Below are positions 43,723-52,219 of a stretch of 60,563 nt of DNA, piece by piece. The DNA is from Candidatus Peribacteraceae bacterium (GTDB lineage: Bacteria; Patescibacteriota; Gracilibacteria; Peribacterales; Peribacteraceae). A program made the position numbers and the translations under genes. The notes beneath the pieces are model-generated. The model was given only the letters and a program-made list of their open reading frames with translations. It did no database searches and was not told the DNA's origin. Location of the stretch: contig JAQTQU010000001.1 in assembly GCA_028712095.1 (NCBI GenBank), forward strand, positions 1 through 60,563, in the 5' to 3' direction. Position 1 is the stretch's first letter. Every line of letters begins with the position of its first letter.

Positions 43723-43759
43723 CCCCAGCCACGCCTCACATGTGAAGTGTGGCCAGCCA
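43723..43759 (+). repeat. DR3: same 37-nt frame with a different internal hairpin
   Basis: CCCCAGCCACGCCTCACATGTGAAGTGTGGCCAGCCA. It shares the first 11 nt and the last 12 nt with DR1. The middle is replaced by another palindromic sequence. It is followed by ACA as in DR1. Confidence 0.85.
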
Positions 43760-43775
43760 ACAACATTCCATTCCC

Positions 43776-44138
43776 TCACAGCCCGCACACATCCGTCATC
43801 GGCTCGCAACTGGCGGCCGTGGCGATGCAGTCGGCCTTCTCGCTCGTCCACTCTACGCACACGTCCATGCACGAATCACGGCCCTGCTGGAACAACGTCT
43901 CATCGGCGCCCGGCACCAGCGTCAGGCACTTATTGACGTAATTGGTGCAGGCCGCTTCACAGTCGTTGCCTGTCTGTGCGGGTTCGTCGGCCTTGAGCAC
44001 AGCGCCGGACAGCGCTTCATTCGCATCATCCTGCGCATCCGTGGCGGGTTGTCCGCCGCAACCGGACAGCAGAAGGGCAACAGCGAGGAGAGGGCCGAAG
44101 ACGACGATTGGTTTCATGGAAGAGAGCGGTCGGAGCAA
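43776..44138 (-). CDS. small Cys-rich lipoprotein
   Basis: Lipobox LLLSGC after MKPIVVFGPLLAVA (probable start at 44117). Nine further cysteines in about 90 mature residues. Confidence 0.6.
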   Translation of the reverse strand: MLRPLSSMKPIVVFGPLLAVALLLSGCGGQPATDAQDDANEALSGAVLKADEPAQTGNDCEAACTNYVNKCLTLVPGADETLFQQGRDSCMDVCVEWTSEKADCIATAASCEPMTDVCGL

Positions 44139-44213
44139 AGGGCCCGCAGCGTAGCAGGCGCACTCCGGTGAGCCAAGCGTTTTTGCTCATCGTACGCAGA
44201 GCGCGTCCGCCGG

Positions 44214-44253
44214 ATCCACCCACCCGTCCAATTCCTCCTTTGTCTGCACATAG
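44214..44253. repeat. displaced copy of the M23 peptidase gene 3' region
   Basis: 38/40 identical to 44916..44955. On the minus strand it continues in frame to YVQTKEELDGWVDPADALCVR*. The two mismatches are synonymous. Confidence 0.9.
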
Positions 44254-44351
44254 TGACCGCAAAAAAGGGGATACAACGCCTTGCGGTGGATCAGGGAAAA
44301 GATATACTGGACGCGTATCCATACGAATTGGGACCCGAACGGTGTCAGTGC

Positions 44352-44873
44352 CTAAGGTTCCCTTTTCTTTTGTGTGTACCCGATTTTGTGTTGCAGGGCT
44401 TCTTTATCCAAAGAGTCATAGTACTGCCAGCTGATGTGCTTATAGAGTGAGGAGGAAAATTTCCTATTGGGAAACAGGATCTTTTTGAAAACGTTTTTTT
44501 GGATCAGATAATCCACCACTTTTTTGTAATCGCCGTCACCCGACACAAGCAGTATTTTGCTGAAATCTTTTCTCTCGATGATTGTTTTCATAATTTCAAA
44601 CACGATATCGGTATCGACGTTTCCTTTTTTGGTGCCTTTCAGGGTAGAGATATGTTCTTTGAATAGGACGATGAACCCCGCTTTTTGCAGATTGCTGTAG
44701 AGACTCTGCTGTTCTTCCGAAACGTACCCGAGAAAATAATAGGCTTCATCCACGTGATATTTATCTCTCAGATATATTCTGAATTTCGCATGGTCGATCT
44801 TCCAGCCGTTCTGCGTTGTCCCAAGGTGCAAGTTTTGCCCGTCAATGAACGCCAGATTCGATTCTTTCTCCAT
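44352..44873 (-). CDS. NYN-domain (LabA/PIN-like) nuclease-family protein
   Basis: 173 aa, AT-rich. Motifs: AFIDGQNLHLG, GNVDTDIVFEIM, LLVSGDGDYKKVV. Confidence 0.85.
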   Translation of the reverse strand: MEKESNLAFIDGQNLHLGTTQNGWKIDHAKFRIYLRDKYHVDEAYYFLGYVSEEQQSLYSNLQKAGFIVLFKEHISTLKGTKKGNVDTDIVFEIMKTIIERKDFSKILLVSGDGDYKKVVDYLIQKNVFKKILFPNRKFSSSLYKHISWQYYDSLDKEALQHKIGYTQKKREP

Positions 44874-44885
44874 AGGAAGATTTTA

Positions 44886-45515
44886 TCACAATGGCAGCCC
44901 GAGCACCGTCCCCGCATCCACCCACCCGTCCAATTCCTCTTTCGTCTGCACATAGCCCTTCAGCTCCACTGCGGCTCCGCGGTGGATCGCAAAGTGCAGG
45001 TGCGCGCGCTCGTTATCTGTTTCATCACTGAAGCCTGTTCCCAGTACGCCAATGCGGTCACCCGTCTGCAGCTGCTTGATTCCGGCGGCAACAGAAGAGA
45101 GCGAAAGGTGGCCGTAGAGCGCCGTGACCGGTTGATCATTCACCGTGCAGTGCTGCACTACCACGCCCCCGTACCCGCTCACCTGATTTTTGAAAATCAC
45201 CGCTCCCGCACAGGCCGCCCGCACGATGACGTCATGCTCCGTCTCGCCGGGCAGAAGCTCAAAGTCCGTTCCGGTGTGGTAGCCCGTAAATTTTTCCGGC
45301 TGCACTGGGGAATTTTGCGGAGTGATGAAGATGCCGAAAGGTTTTTTGGTCACACGCTCGTTGGCATGATCAAGCGGTGCGATCCATGTGTTCTGCTTCA
45401 CGACTTCCGGCGCTTTCGATCCGGCGGAGGAATGTTGCGGGGCTGGTATTGCCGGAGCAGATCCGCAGGCCGCGAGGAGCAGGCACATGCCAAAGAGGGC
45501 GAAACGCAATCGCAT
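44886..45515 (-). CDS. M23-family metallopeptidase lipoprotein
   Basis: 209 aa. Lipobox LLLAACGS. Motifs: YHTGTDF, GYGGVVVQH, AHLHFAIH. Confidence 0.85.
   Translation of the reverse strand: MRLRFALFGMCLLLAACGSAPAIPAPQHSSAGSKAPEVVKQNTWIAPLDHANERVTKKPFGIFITPQNSPVQPEKFTGYHTGTDFELLPGETEHDVIVRAACAGAVIFKNQVSGYGGVVVQHCTVNDQPVTALYGHLSLSSVAAGIKQLQTGDRIGVLGTGFSDETDNERAHLHFAIHRGAAVELKGYVQTKEELDGWVDAGTVLGLPL
44916..44955. repeat. resident copy of the 40-bp repeat inside the M23 gene 3' end
   Basis: See the entry for 44214..44253. Confidence 0.9.
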
Positions 45516-45519
45516 AGGG

Positions 45520-46545
45520 TCATTGTACTTTCATCAGATTCTCGCGAAGGAATGCGGTGATCCGTTTCATGAAATCCTCCCACCTGGGGATGAATTCGTG
45601 CTTCTCGTCTTCATACGATACGTATGTGATGTCCTTGTGCAGTTCTTCCAACTGCGCATTCAGGTCATCGGACCACGCCGGCGGCACGTCGGCATCCGCC
45701 GTGCCCTGAAAGAGCAGGACCGGCGCCGTGATGTTCTTCAGGTACGTAAGGGACGAGAGCGCATCCCACGCTGCGGGATTTTCCTCGCGCGTTCCCAAGA
45801 CTGCGGGCGTGCGATCCTTATCATCGCGCTTCGATCGCCAGCGTGAAAAGTTCTCCCAGGCATCACTGTGCACGGGTGCGTAGAGCACGAAGGCATCGGC
45901 GAGATCGGGTCGCGCCACGGCGATATTCAGCGCAACCCCGCCTCCGAGAGAGTGGCCCAGTATGCCGACGTGCTGCGCATCCACCTGTGCGAGTTTTGCG
46001 TTGCGAACGGCATTCACGGCATTGACCGCGTCCATGCTGTACTCCAGACCGGCGTCGTACACCTCGCGCACGTCGGGACTCGGGTCCGATGCTGCAAACC
46101 CGCGGTAATCGGTGTGGAGGACGGCAAAGCCCTGCCGCGCCAAGAAATCCTGCTCGCGTTTCAATCCGCGGCCCTGCGTGTAGACCGACGGGTCAATGTA
46201 GCCGTGCGCGAAGATCACGAGCGGGAACGCCCCGTCACCTTTGGGGATATTCATGATGCCGCTGATCGTGAGGCCGTTGCTCCGGTACGTGATGGCGTGG
46301 CGGGTGTACGCGTCGTTATCGTCCAGTACGCCGGTGAAGGTCAGGTCCGTTCCTTCCAGCCGCATCGCGGCGAAGTGGGCGACCGAGAGTTCGGCGGGCA
46401 CCTGCTCCAGCGTTGGCGAAGCGGAGGAGGGGAGAGCGGCAGACGAGGGGATTGTTGCGCCGCTTCCGGTCAGATGCCCCGTGGTGGCGGACCCGCAGGC
46501 CGCGAGCAGCAGGCAACACCCGATAATGGAATCACGCGGAGACAC
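45520..46545 (-). CDS. alpha/beta-hydrolase lipoprotein (S9 / dienelactone-hydrolase-like)
   Basis: 341 aa. Lipobox LLLAACGS. Nucleophile elbow GHSLGGG. Late Asp and His (GTADADV, DEKHEF). Confidence 0.8.
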   Translation of the reverse strand: MSPRDSIIGCCLLLAACGSATTGHLTGSGATIPSSAALPSSASPTLEQVPAELSVAHFAAMRLEGTDLTFTGVLDDNDAYTRHAITYRSNGLTISGIMNIPKGDGAFPLVIFAHGYIDPSVYTQGRGLKREQDFLARQGFAVLHTDYRGFAASDPSPDVREVYDAGLEYSMDAVNAVNAVRNAKLAQVDAQHVGILGHSLGGGVALNIAVARPDLADAFVLYAPVHSDAWENFSRWRSKRDDKDRTPAVLGTREENPAAWDALSSLTYLKNITAPVLLFQGTADADVPPAWSDDLNAQLEELHKDITYVSYEDEKHEFIPRWEDFMKRITAFLRENLMKVQ

Positions 46546-46609
46546 GGCTGCATTCTATCGTGAAATCTCCGCGCTGTGTGCGGAGCTTAAGAAATCTTAA
46601 TAAAAAGGA

Positions 46610-47917
46610 GTGGGAGTTGACAGCTCACGCAAGCCAAAGTGCCGGACAGACGGGAATTTCGTGTTAGTATTCCTGCTCCCGTTTTTCCCCCTTCCCTGTA
46701 TGGACATGGATATGGAACAACAGCGTTTCCCTCTGCCGCAGGTCCTCATTGCTTTCCTGCTCGGCGGCGTTCTCGTCGCGCTCGTCTTCGTCGGGATGGA
46801 CGGCCGCATTCCGTCACGGTCCGGTTCGACCGGCAGCGGGGCACTTGCGCCCCTGCCGGTGATTTCTTCGCAGGAGGAGCTGATCACGCAGACCGTGCGG
46901 CGGGCGGACCCTGCCGTCGTGAGCGTGATCATCACCAAAGATCTGCCCAAGCTCACGCAGGTCTACGAAGATGTGCTGCCCGACAATCCCTTCTTCCGCG
47001 GATTCAGTGTTCAGATTCCGCGTCTGCAGCAGCAGGGAACCGAGAAGCGTGAAGTGGGCGGCGGGACGGCGTTCTTCGTGTCTGCGGACGGATTGCTCAT
47101 GACCAACAAGCACGTCGTGTCGGACGAAAAGGCCGAGTACACGATCCTGCTGAATGACGGGACCAGGCTGTCGGCCAGGGTGGCGGCGCTCGATCCGGTG
47201 AATGACATCGCGCTCCTCAAGGTTTCGGGCAAAGACTTCACGGCGCTTCCGATCGCGCAGAATGACGACATTCAGCTCGGTCAGACGGCCATCACCATCG
47301 GCAATGCACTGGGGGAATTCCGCAATACGGTGAGTGTGGGTGTGGTGTCGGGTCTGCAGCGTTCCATTACGGCGGGGGATGCGGGCGGCGGCGGTAGCGA
47401 GCGGCTGGACCAGATCATCCAGACCGATGCCGCCATCAACAGCGGCAACTCGGGAGGCCCATTGCTTTCCTCCAATGGCGAGGTGATCGGCATGAACACG
47501 GCGGTTTCGTCCGTGGGGCAAAACATCGGTTTCGCTCTGCCCGCGCGGGAACTCAGGCGTGTGCTCTCAAGCTACCAGAAGAACGGCCGCATCGTGCGTC
47601 CGTTCATCGGCGTGCGCTACGCACCCGTTACCCCAGAACTCAAAGAGAAGAACAAGCTTACGGTGGATTACGGCGTGCTGATCCTGCGCGGCGAGCAGCC
47701 CGCCGATCTGGCCGTGATGCCGGGGTCTCCGGCCGACAAGGCGGGGATTCTCGAGAATGACATCATTCTCGAAGCGGACGGGCAGAAGCTGACATCCGGT
47801 GTATCGCTCCAGCAGATCATCGTGAACAAGTCCGTCGGCGACACGATCACGCTCAGGGTTCTGAGTAAGGGAAAAGAGAAGACAGTGACGGTGAAGCTGG
47901 AGGAGTGGGAGGAGTAG
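46610..47917 (+). CDS. htrA: HtrA/DegP-family serine protease with PDZ domain
   Basis: Motifs: TNKHVV, DIALLKV, GNSGGPLL, and a PDZ-like C-terminus. The likely start is the ATG at 46700 (MDMDMEQQRFPLPQVLIAFLLGG, a TM anchor). Confidence 0.9.
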   Translation: MGVDSSRKPKCRTDGNFVLVFLLPFFPLPCMDMDMEQQRFPLPQVLIAFLLGGVLVALVFVGMDGRIPSRSGSTGSGALAPLPVISSQEELITQTVRRADPAVVSVIITKDLPKLTQVYEDVLPDNPFFRGFSVQIPRLQQQGTEKREVGGGTAFFVSADGLLMTNKHVVSDEKAEYTILLNDGTRLSARVAALDPVNDIALLKVSGKDFTALPIAQNDDIQLGQTAITIGNALGEFRNTVSVGVVSGLQRSITAGDAGGGGSERLDQIIQTDAAINSGNSGGPLLSSNGEVIGMNTAVSSVGQNIGFALPARELRRVLSSYQKNGRIVRPFIGVRYAPVTPELKEKNKLTVDYGVLILRGEQPADLAVMPGSPADKAGILENDIILEADGQKLTSGVSLQQIIVNKSVGDTITLRVLSKGKEKTVTVKLEEWEE

Positions 47918-47926
47918 GGATTGTTT

Positions 47927-47952
47927 GCCACCTTTGTCGCGACAAAGGTGGC
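47927..47952 (+). repeat. 26-nt perfect palindrome of the CCAC...GTGG-(C)CCAG hairpin family, possible htrA terminator
   Basis: GCCACCTTTGTCGCGACAAAGGTGGC followed by GCCCAGCC, 10 nt after the htrA stop. Confidence 0.7.
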
Positions 47953-48093
47953 GCCCAGCCTTCGCTGAAGTTTCGGTCGGCAGTCAAAGCACTGGCGCGC
48001 CAACTCCTCTCCGCCCGCCTTGGCCTCCTCCCAGGTTTCGGAGTCTCCTCGTCGGCTACTTTTCGCAGGGCCTCCCCCTTCACCCCCCGGCAC

Positions 48094-48111
48094 CGTCAGT
48101 CATGACTGACG
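48094..48111 (+). repeat. 18-nt perfect palindrome of the same hairpin family
   Basis: CGTCAGTCATGACTGACG flanked by CAC and TGCCCAGTGG. Compare CGTCAGCTTAAGCTGACG at DR1 and DR2. Confidence 0.7.
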
Positions 48112-48182
48112 TGCCCAGTGGCGCCCCCCGGTATTGAATATATCCGTTAAGACTTGGTTCTGTTGCGTCGCGAAGCGACGAA

Positions 48183-48282
48183 AATAATCCATCGCGAAGC
48201 GGTGGGTGCCTTCGGCGGGCCCCACCGCTGGCCGGAGGTCCCCGGAGGGAAGCGCATTCCGCTTAAGGGAAAAGAGAGTTCG
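48183..48282 (+). repeat. copy B of the dispersed structured element (copy A at 1673..1793)
   Basis: AATAATC..TCGCGAAGCGGTGGG-TGCCTTCGGCGGGC-CCCACCGCTGG...TTAAGGGAAAAGAGAG. Same orientation as copy A. Confidence 0.7.
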
Positions 48283-48367
48283 TGACCCATTCGACAGGCT
48301 CAGGGTCACCCACTGACTCGATAGATGGAATTTTCCAAGTTGTCACCCCGAGCGTAGTCGCTGGTCG

Positions 48368-48901
48368 TCAACGGCCTCTCTGAGACGATGGAGAGACCGC
48401 AGCCGCCAAATCGTCGCGTACCTCTCCGATCAGTCTTCGGTCTTCTTCCGACAGCGTAAGTTGCATCTCGCGAAGCGGCGCGCACTTCAACTCCTGAAGC
48501 CAGTCCGGCTTGCTCGAAAGAGCCTGTCGCAAGTCCCAATAGGTACCCGAATACCCCTCTTCCAGCCAAACGGGCAACTTCTTCTTCGCCGACCTCGACT
48601 GGACAGATTCAATCTGAGCTCGCAGGCACACCAAGGCCTTCTTGCCGAGCGCGAGCGCTCTCCCCACAGATCCGGGTTGCCGAAGCTCTCTCGGAAGCAG
48701 TGCTCGAGCTAGTTCGTAACGGAGTCTCAAGAGGACTTGCTGCGACAGCCCCAACTCTGGGCCCGCAAACGCATCGGCAAGAGCTCCGATCAACCGCACT
48801 GAATCCCTTGGGCTATCGCCGGGCCTGTGCGCCCTTGGAGCCATGGCTCTCTCTCCGTGATTACCGACAAGGCCGAACTTGGCGACATCTGGCCCACCCA
48901 T
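48368..48901 (-). CDS. hypothetical protein (177 aa or shorter)
   Basis: The ORF is preceded by a good promoter (next entry). Helical Leu/Arg-rich composition. No family recognised. Confidence 0.45.
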   Translation of the reverse strand: MGGPDVAKFGLVGNHGERAMAPRAHRPGDSPRDSVRLIGALADAFAGPELGLSQQVLLRLRYELARALLPRELRQPGSVGRALALGKKALVCLRAQIESVQSRSAKKKLPVWLEEGYSGTYWDLRQALSSKPDWLQELKCAPLREMQLTLSEEDRRLIGEVRDDLAAAVSPSSQRGR

Positions 48902-48927
48902 ACGAGTTGTGAGTACGTAGGATGAGT

Positions 48928-48956
48928 ATTATCTCAGCAGACAGTATCTTCTGCAA
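48928..48956 (-). promoter_or_regulatory. sigma70-like promoter TTGCAG-17-GATAAT
   Basis: On the minus strand: -35 at 48951..48956, -10 at 48928..48933. The ATG is about 27 nt downstream of the -10. Confidence 0.5.
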
Positions 48957-49551
48957 GATGGCCTTCTTTCGGACCACTTTCGCTCCGCTACCTACCGCTC
49001 GTGGTAGCCGAACAAGCGGTCTGGTTGGTCTGTCCAATTGTCGGCCTTTGATTTGACGGAAATCAAGGAAAACGTGACCGTTCTGTCAACCGCACCTGCC
49101 AGGGCGAGGGGCGGGGGGAGGGACGAGTGGAGGCGGGGAGGATGAGGGCACCGGCGATCCAGAGCGATTGCGCCATATTGGGTAATTTGGGCCGGTCGGA
49201 CTGATGTCTGGGAATAAGGACTTCCCGTGGCACGCTGTTCCACGTGGTCATTCCACGGGCCGGCCGGGGATCGAAGACGGCCCGGAATCGGAAGGGGATT
49301 GCGAAGGCCTCGATCCGTGATAGGATCGGGGACGGACCTCGACACCGGTTCTCGCGGTCGGGATTTTCGGGATGGTCAACGTGGAACGGGCTTTCCAGCT
49401 TGCCGTGCAGCATCAGCGGATCGCGCTGCGTCCACGAGGCAAGACCGACCCTTCCATGCCACCTCAAAGGGAAACCGCGTCCTCGGTTCAAGGACAGGAC
49501 TTTCTCGCCTTCCCCCGACGAGGGGTGAGAGAGAAACCGTAGGTTTCGCTT

Positions 49552-50187
49552 TCACGACTCCTGCGTCATCCACTGATACAGGTACACCGCGGCCACCGCC
49601 CCGATGAAGGGGCCGATGAGATATTCTATGCCGGAGATGAACGGATAGTAGGGCGAGAAGGAGAGGGAGCGGATGCCGACGGCCACGGCGGGGTTGAGCA
49701 CGCCGTTACTCATGAGCGACGCCAGCAAAATACCGAGCAGCAGCGAGCATCCCACCACGAGACCGCCCGCGGCACGGTGCACTTTGCCCGTGACGACGGC
49801 CATGATGCCGAGCAGCAGCAGGAACGCACCCAGCGCCTCGGCAAAGGCGATACCCCAGCCGGCGGTCAGCGGTACCTGCGGAAGCCCGCCCACGAGGTAC
49901 AGAAAGAGGAACTGCGCGGTCACAGCACCCACGAGCTGGGCGGCGATGTACGCGAGCGCCTCGGGGGTCTGGATTTTCTTGATGCTCCACAGCCCCACTG
50001 TCACGGCGGGATTCACGTGGGCGCCGCTGACAGGCCCGAGGATGTACACTGCCAGCATCAGTACGAGTGCCGCGACGAACGGTGTTGCCGTCTGCTGCTG
50101 GATGGAACCGAGGACGGCGAACGTGAGCAGAGCGGTGCCGAGAAATTCCGCGCTGTACCTCCGCCAATGGAGAGGAGAGAGAGCCAT
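49552..50187 (-). CDS. aqpZ: aquaporin (MIP family)
   Basis: 211 aa with six TM segments. Two NPA boxes (HVNPAVT, LNPAVAVG). Confidence 0.9.
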   Translation of the reverse strand: MALSPLHWRRYSAEFLGTALLTFAVLGSIQQQTATPFVAALVLMLAVYILGPVSGAHVNPAVTVGLWSIKKIQTPEALAYIAAQLVGAVTAQFLFLYLVGGLPQVPLTAGWGIAFAEALGAFLLLLGIMAVVTGKVHRAAGGLVVGCSLLLGILLASLMSNGVLNPAVAVGIRSLSFSPYYPFISGIEYLIGPFIGAVAAVYLYQWMTQES

Positions 50188-50514
50188 ACGGGAGAAGTGG
50201 GGAACAGTCGCCGCTCACCGTACCGAATTTCCCGTTTGCTGCCAATTGCGGACGATTTGCGTATGTGTCGGGGCAGTCTTGCAAGCGCCTCCGCAAGTTG
50301 TGCATCGCGCATCTGCAGTACGGCAGGCCAGTTCTTGCCTCTGTCCACGGGGATCGGGGTCGAAAATGTATCGGGGAATGCGGCAGATATTTTTGCCATA
50401 ACGGAATAGGAGGAGTGGGTTCCGATTATTTCCTTTGCTGTGCGGGTGTCAATGATTGTGTTCCTTTTCCATCCCCAAATTCAGAAATGAGTCTGTGGAG
50501 GTTTTCCTTCCTCA

Positions 50515-51912
50515 ATGTACAGGGAGCGGAGTAGCATGCTCGCACCCGGCTTCCCTTTTATGCGCGAAGAGCTCCTCCACAAGGTCGACGGCTTGCTGCA
50601 GCAGAAGAACGACAATGAGTTGCGCAAGATTCTCGTGCGCGAGGAGAACCGCGAGATTGCGGATGTCATTGATGCGCTCGGTCACGGCAAGCGCAAAACG
50701 TTTGCGCTGCTGCCGCCAGAGGTGCAGGCGGATACCATCCTGCTGCTCTCGGAGGCCAGTGTGCACTCGGTGCTACCGCGGCTTCCTGATGCGGTTATCG
50801 CACGGTTTCTGCATTTTCTGGATGAAGACGAGGCGACGGATATTCTGCAGCGCCTGCCGGCGAAACGTCATCCGCATATCCTCGAAAATATGCGCGAAGA
50901 CCGACGCAGGGCCGTCGAGAAGCTGCTGCTCTACGGGTCGGAAACCGCAGGCGGTCTGATGGATCTCAACTTTCTGGAGGTCGATCCGCAGGCCAAGGGG
51001 CCGGCGATTCTCAATGCCATGCGTGAATACGTTCGCACGCATCATAAGAAAATCCCGATTGCGCTCTTTGCCGGCAAGAACGGTATTCAATGGATTCCTT
51101 CGCGGGCGTTGATGTCGGGCAACGGCGAGACGGCACCGGCGCAGATCGCGCGATCCATTCCCGTTTTCCACCATGCGACGGATCAGGAGCAGGTGCTGGA
51201 GACCATGCAGCGTCAGGGTGCGGATGTGGCCTGCGTAGTCGACGACCATGAGAAAATCGTCGGGGTCATTCACCTGAGCGATCTGTTGCGCGTGGCGGAG
51301 GCCGAGGCGAGCGAAGACGTGTACCGCTTGGGAGGTATGGATCCGCTCTCGGCGAGCTATCTCGAGAGCAAGTTCTCCACGATCTGGCGCAAGCGCGTCG
51401 TTTGGTTGTCGGTACTCTTCATCGCAGAGCTCTTCACTTTTACGGCGTTGTCGCGATTCGAATCTTCCATCGCGGCCGTCACGGCTCTGGCGCTCTTCGT
51501 TCCTCTCACGATTTCCACGGGGGGCAACTCCGGATCGCAGGCGGCGACGCTCATCACCCGCGCCATGGCGCTGGGTGACGTGGCGCCCCGTGACTGGTTC
51601 AAAGTGGTGCGGCGCGAACTGCTCATGGGTCTGGCGCTCGGGCTCACGCTCGGTGCCGTGGCGTTCGTGCGCGCATCCCTGACACCGCAGAGCATTCTGG
51701 GTGGTGCCAACCGGTGGATGCTCGGGCTCGTCATTGCGCAGTCGGTGGCGGCGATTTGTCTGTGGGGCACGCTGGTCGGCTCCATGCTGCCGCTGGTCTT
51801 CAAACGCTTCGGCGTCGATCCGGGCTATGCCAGTAGCCCCTTCGTGGCGACGTTCGTGGATGTGACGGGGATTGTCATCTATTTTTCAATCGCGAACGCA
51901 TTCATCCTTTAG
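50515..51912 (+). CDS. mgtE: magnesium transporter MgtE
   Basis: 465 aa. MgtE N-domain, CBS pair, TM domain with PLTISTGGNSGSQAATL and ASSPFVATFVDVTGIVIYF. Confidence 0.93.
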   Translation: MYRERSSMLAPGFPFMREELLHKVDGLLQQKNDNELRKILVREENREIADVIDALGHGKRKTFALLPPEVQADTILLLSEASVHSVLPRLPDAVIARFLHFLDEDEATDILQRLPAKRHPHILENMREDRRRAVEKLLLYGSETAGGLMDLNFLEVDPQAKGPAILNAMREYVRTHHKKIPIALFAGKNGIQWIPSRALMSGNGETAPAQIARSIPVFHHATDQEQVLETMQRQGADVACVVDDHEKIVGVIHLSDLLRVAEAEASEDVYRLGGMDPLSASYLESKFSTIWRKRVVWLSVLFIAELFTFTALSRFESSIAAVTALALFVPLTISTGGNSGSQAATLITRAMALGDVAPRDWFKVVRRELLMGLALGLTLGAVAFVRASLTPQSILGGANRWMLGLVIAQSVAAICLWGTLVGSMLPLVFKRFGVDPGYASSPFVATFVDVTGIVIYFSIANAFIL

Positions 51913-51916
51913 GCAT

Positions 51917-52219
51917 TCATCGTCTTCGTAGCTCTTCGTGATTCACGATGTCGAGGAGTTCGATTGTCCGTGTGTCCTCATCGATGCCGTAGAGGAGCAG
52001 GTCATCCAGGCTCAGATGGAGTTCGCGGATTCCATATTTGTCGCCTTTAAGTGCGTGATCGTTCCAGCGCGTGCCCAGGACGAAGAGTGAGCGCTCATCG
52101 TGCGTAGAGAGGAGATGCACCGCTTCCTCGGTGGCTTCCAAGATGTGTCTCCTGCCGCTCTTCTCAAGTTTCTTTATGGTTTTGAGAAAGCGTTTTGATG
52201 CGACGATGGAGTGCGTCAC
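51917..52219 (-). CDS. RelE/YafQ-family type II toxin
   Basis: 100 aa. RWNDHALKGDKYGIRELHLSLDDLLLYGIDED matches the YafQ/RelE pattern. It overlaps its partner by 4 nt. Confidence 0.8.
   Translation of the reverse strand: MTHSIVASKRFLKTIKKLEKSGRRHILEATEEAVHLLSTHDERSLFVLGTRWNDHALKGDKYGIRELHLSLDDLLLYGIDEDTRTIELLDIVNHEELRRR

Noticed and set aside
48957-49551. RNase P RNA, tmRNA, SRP RNA, 6S RNA or a group II intron in the long non-coding gap
   Set aside because: None of the hallmark motifs was found on either strand. I looked for GGAAAGUCCGG, the tmRNA GGGG..UUCGAC 5' end and tRNA-like 3' end, the SRP GGAA/AGCA loop, and the domain V consensus.
50188-50514. M-box (Mg) riboswitch upstream of mgtE
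   Set aside because: The 325-nt divergent spacer is long enough, but I could not recognise the conserved M-box core. This is unresolved without an Rfam scan, so I do not report it as a feature.
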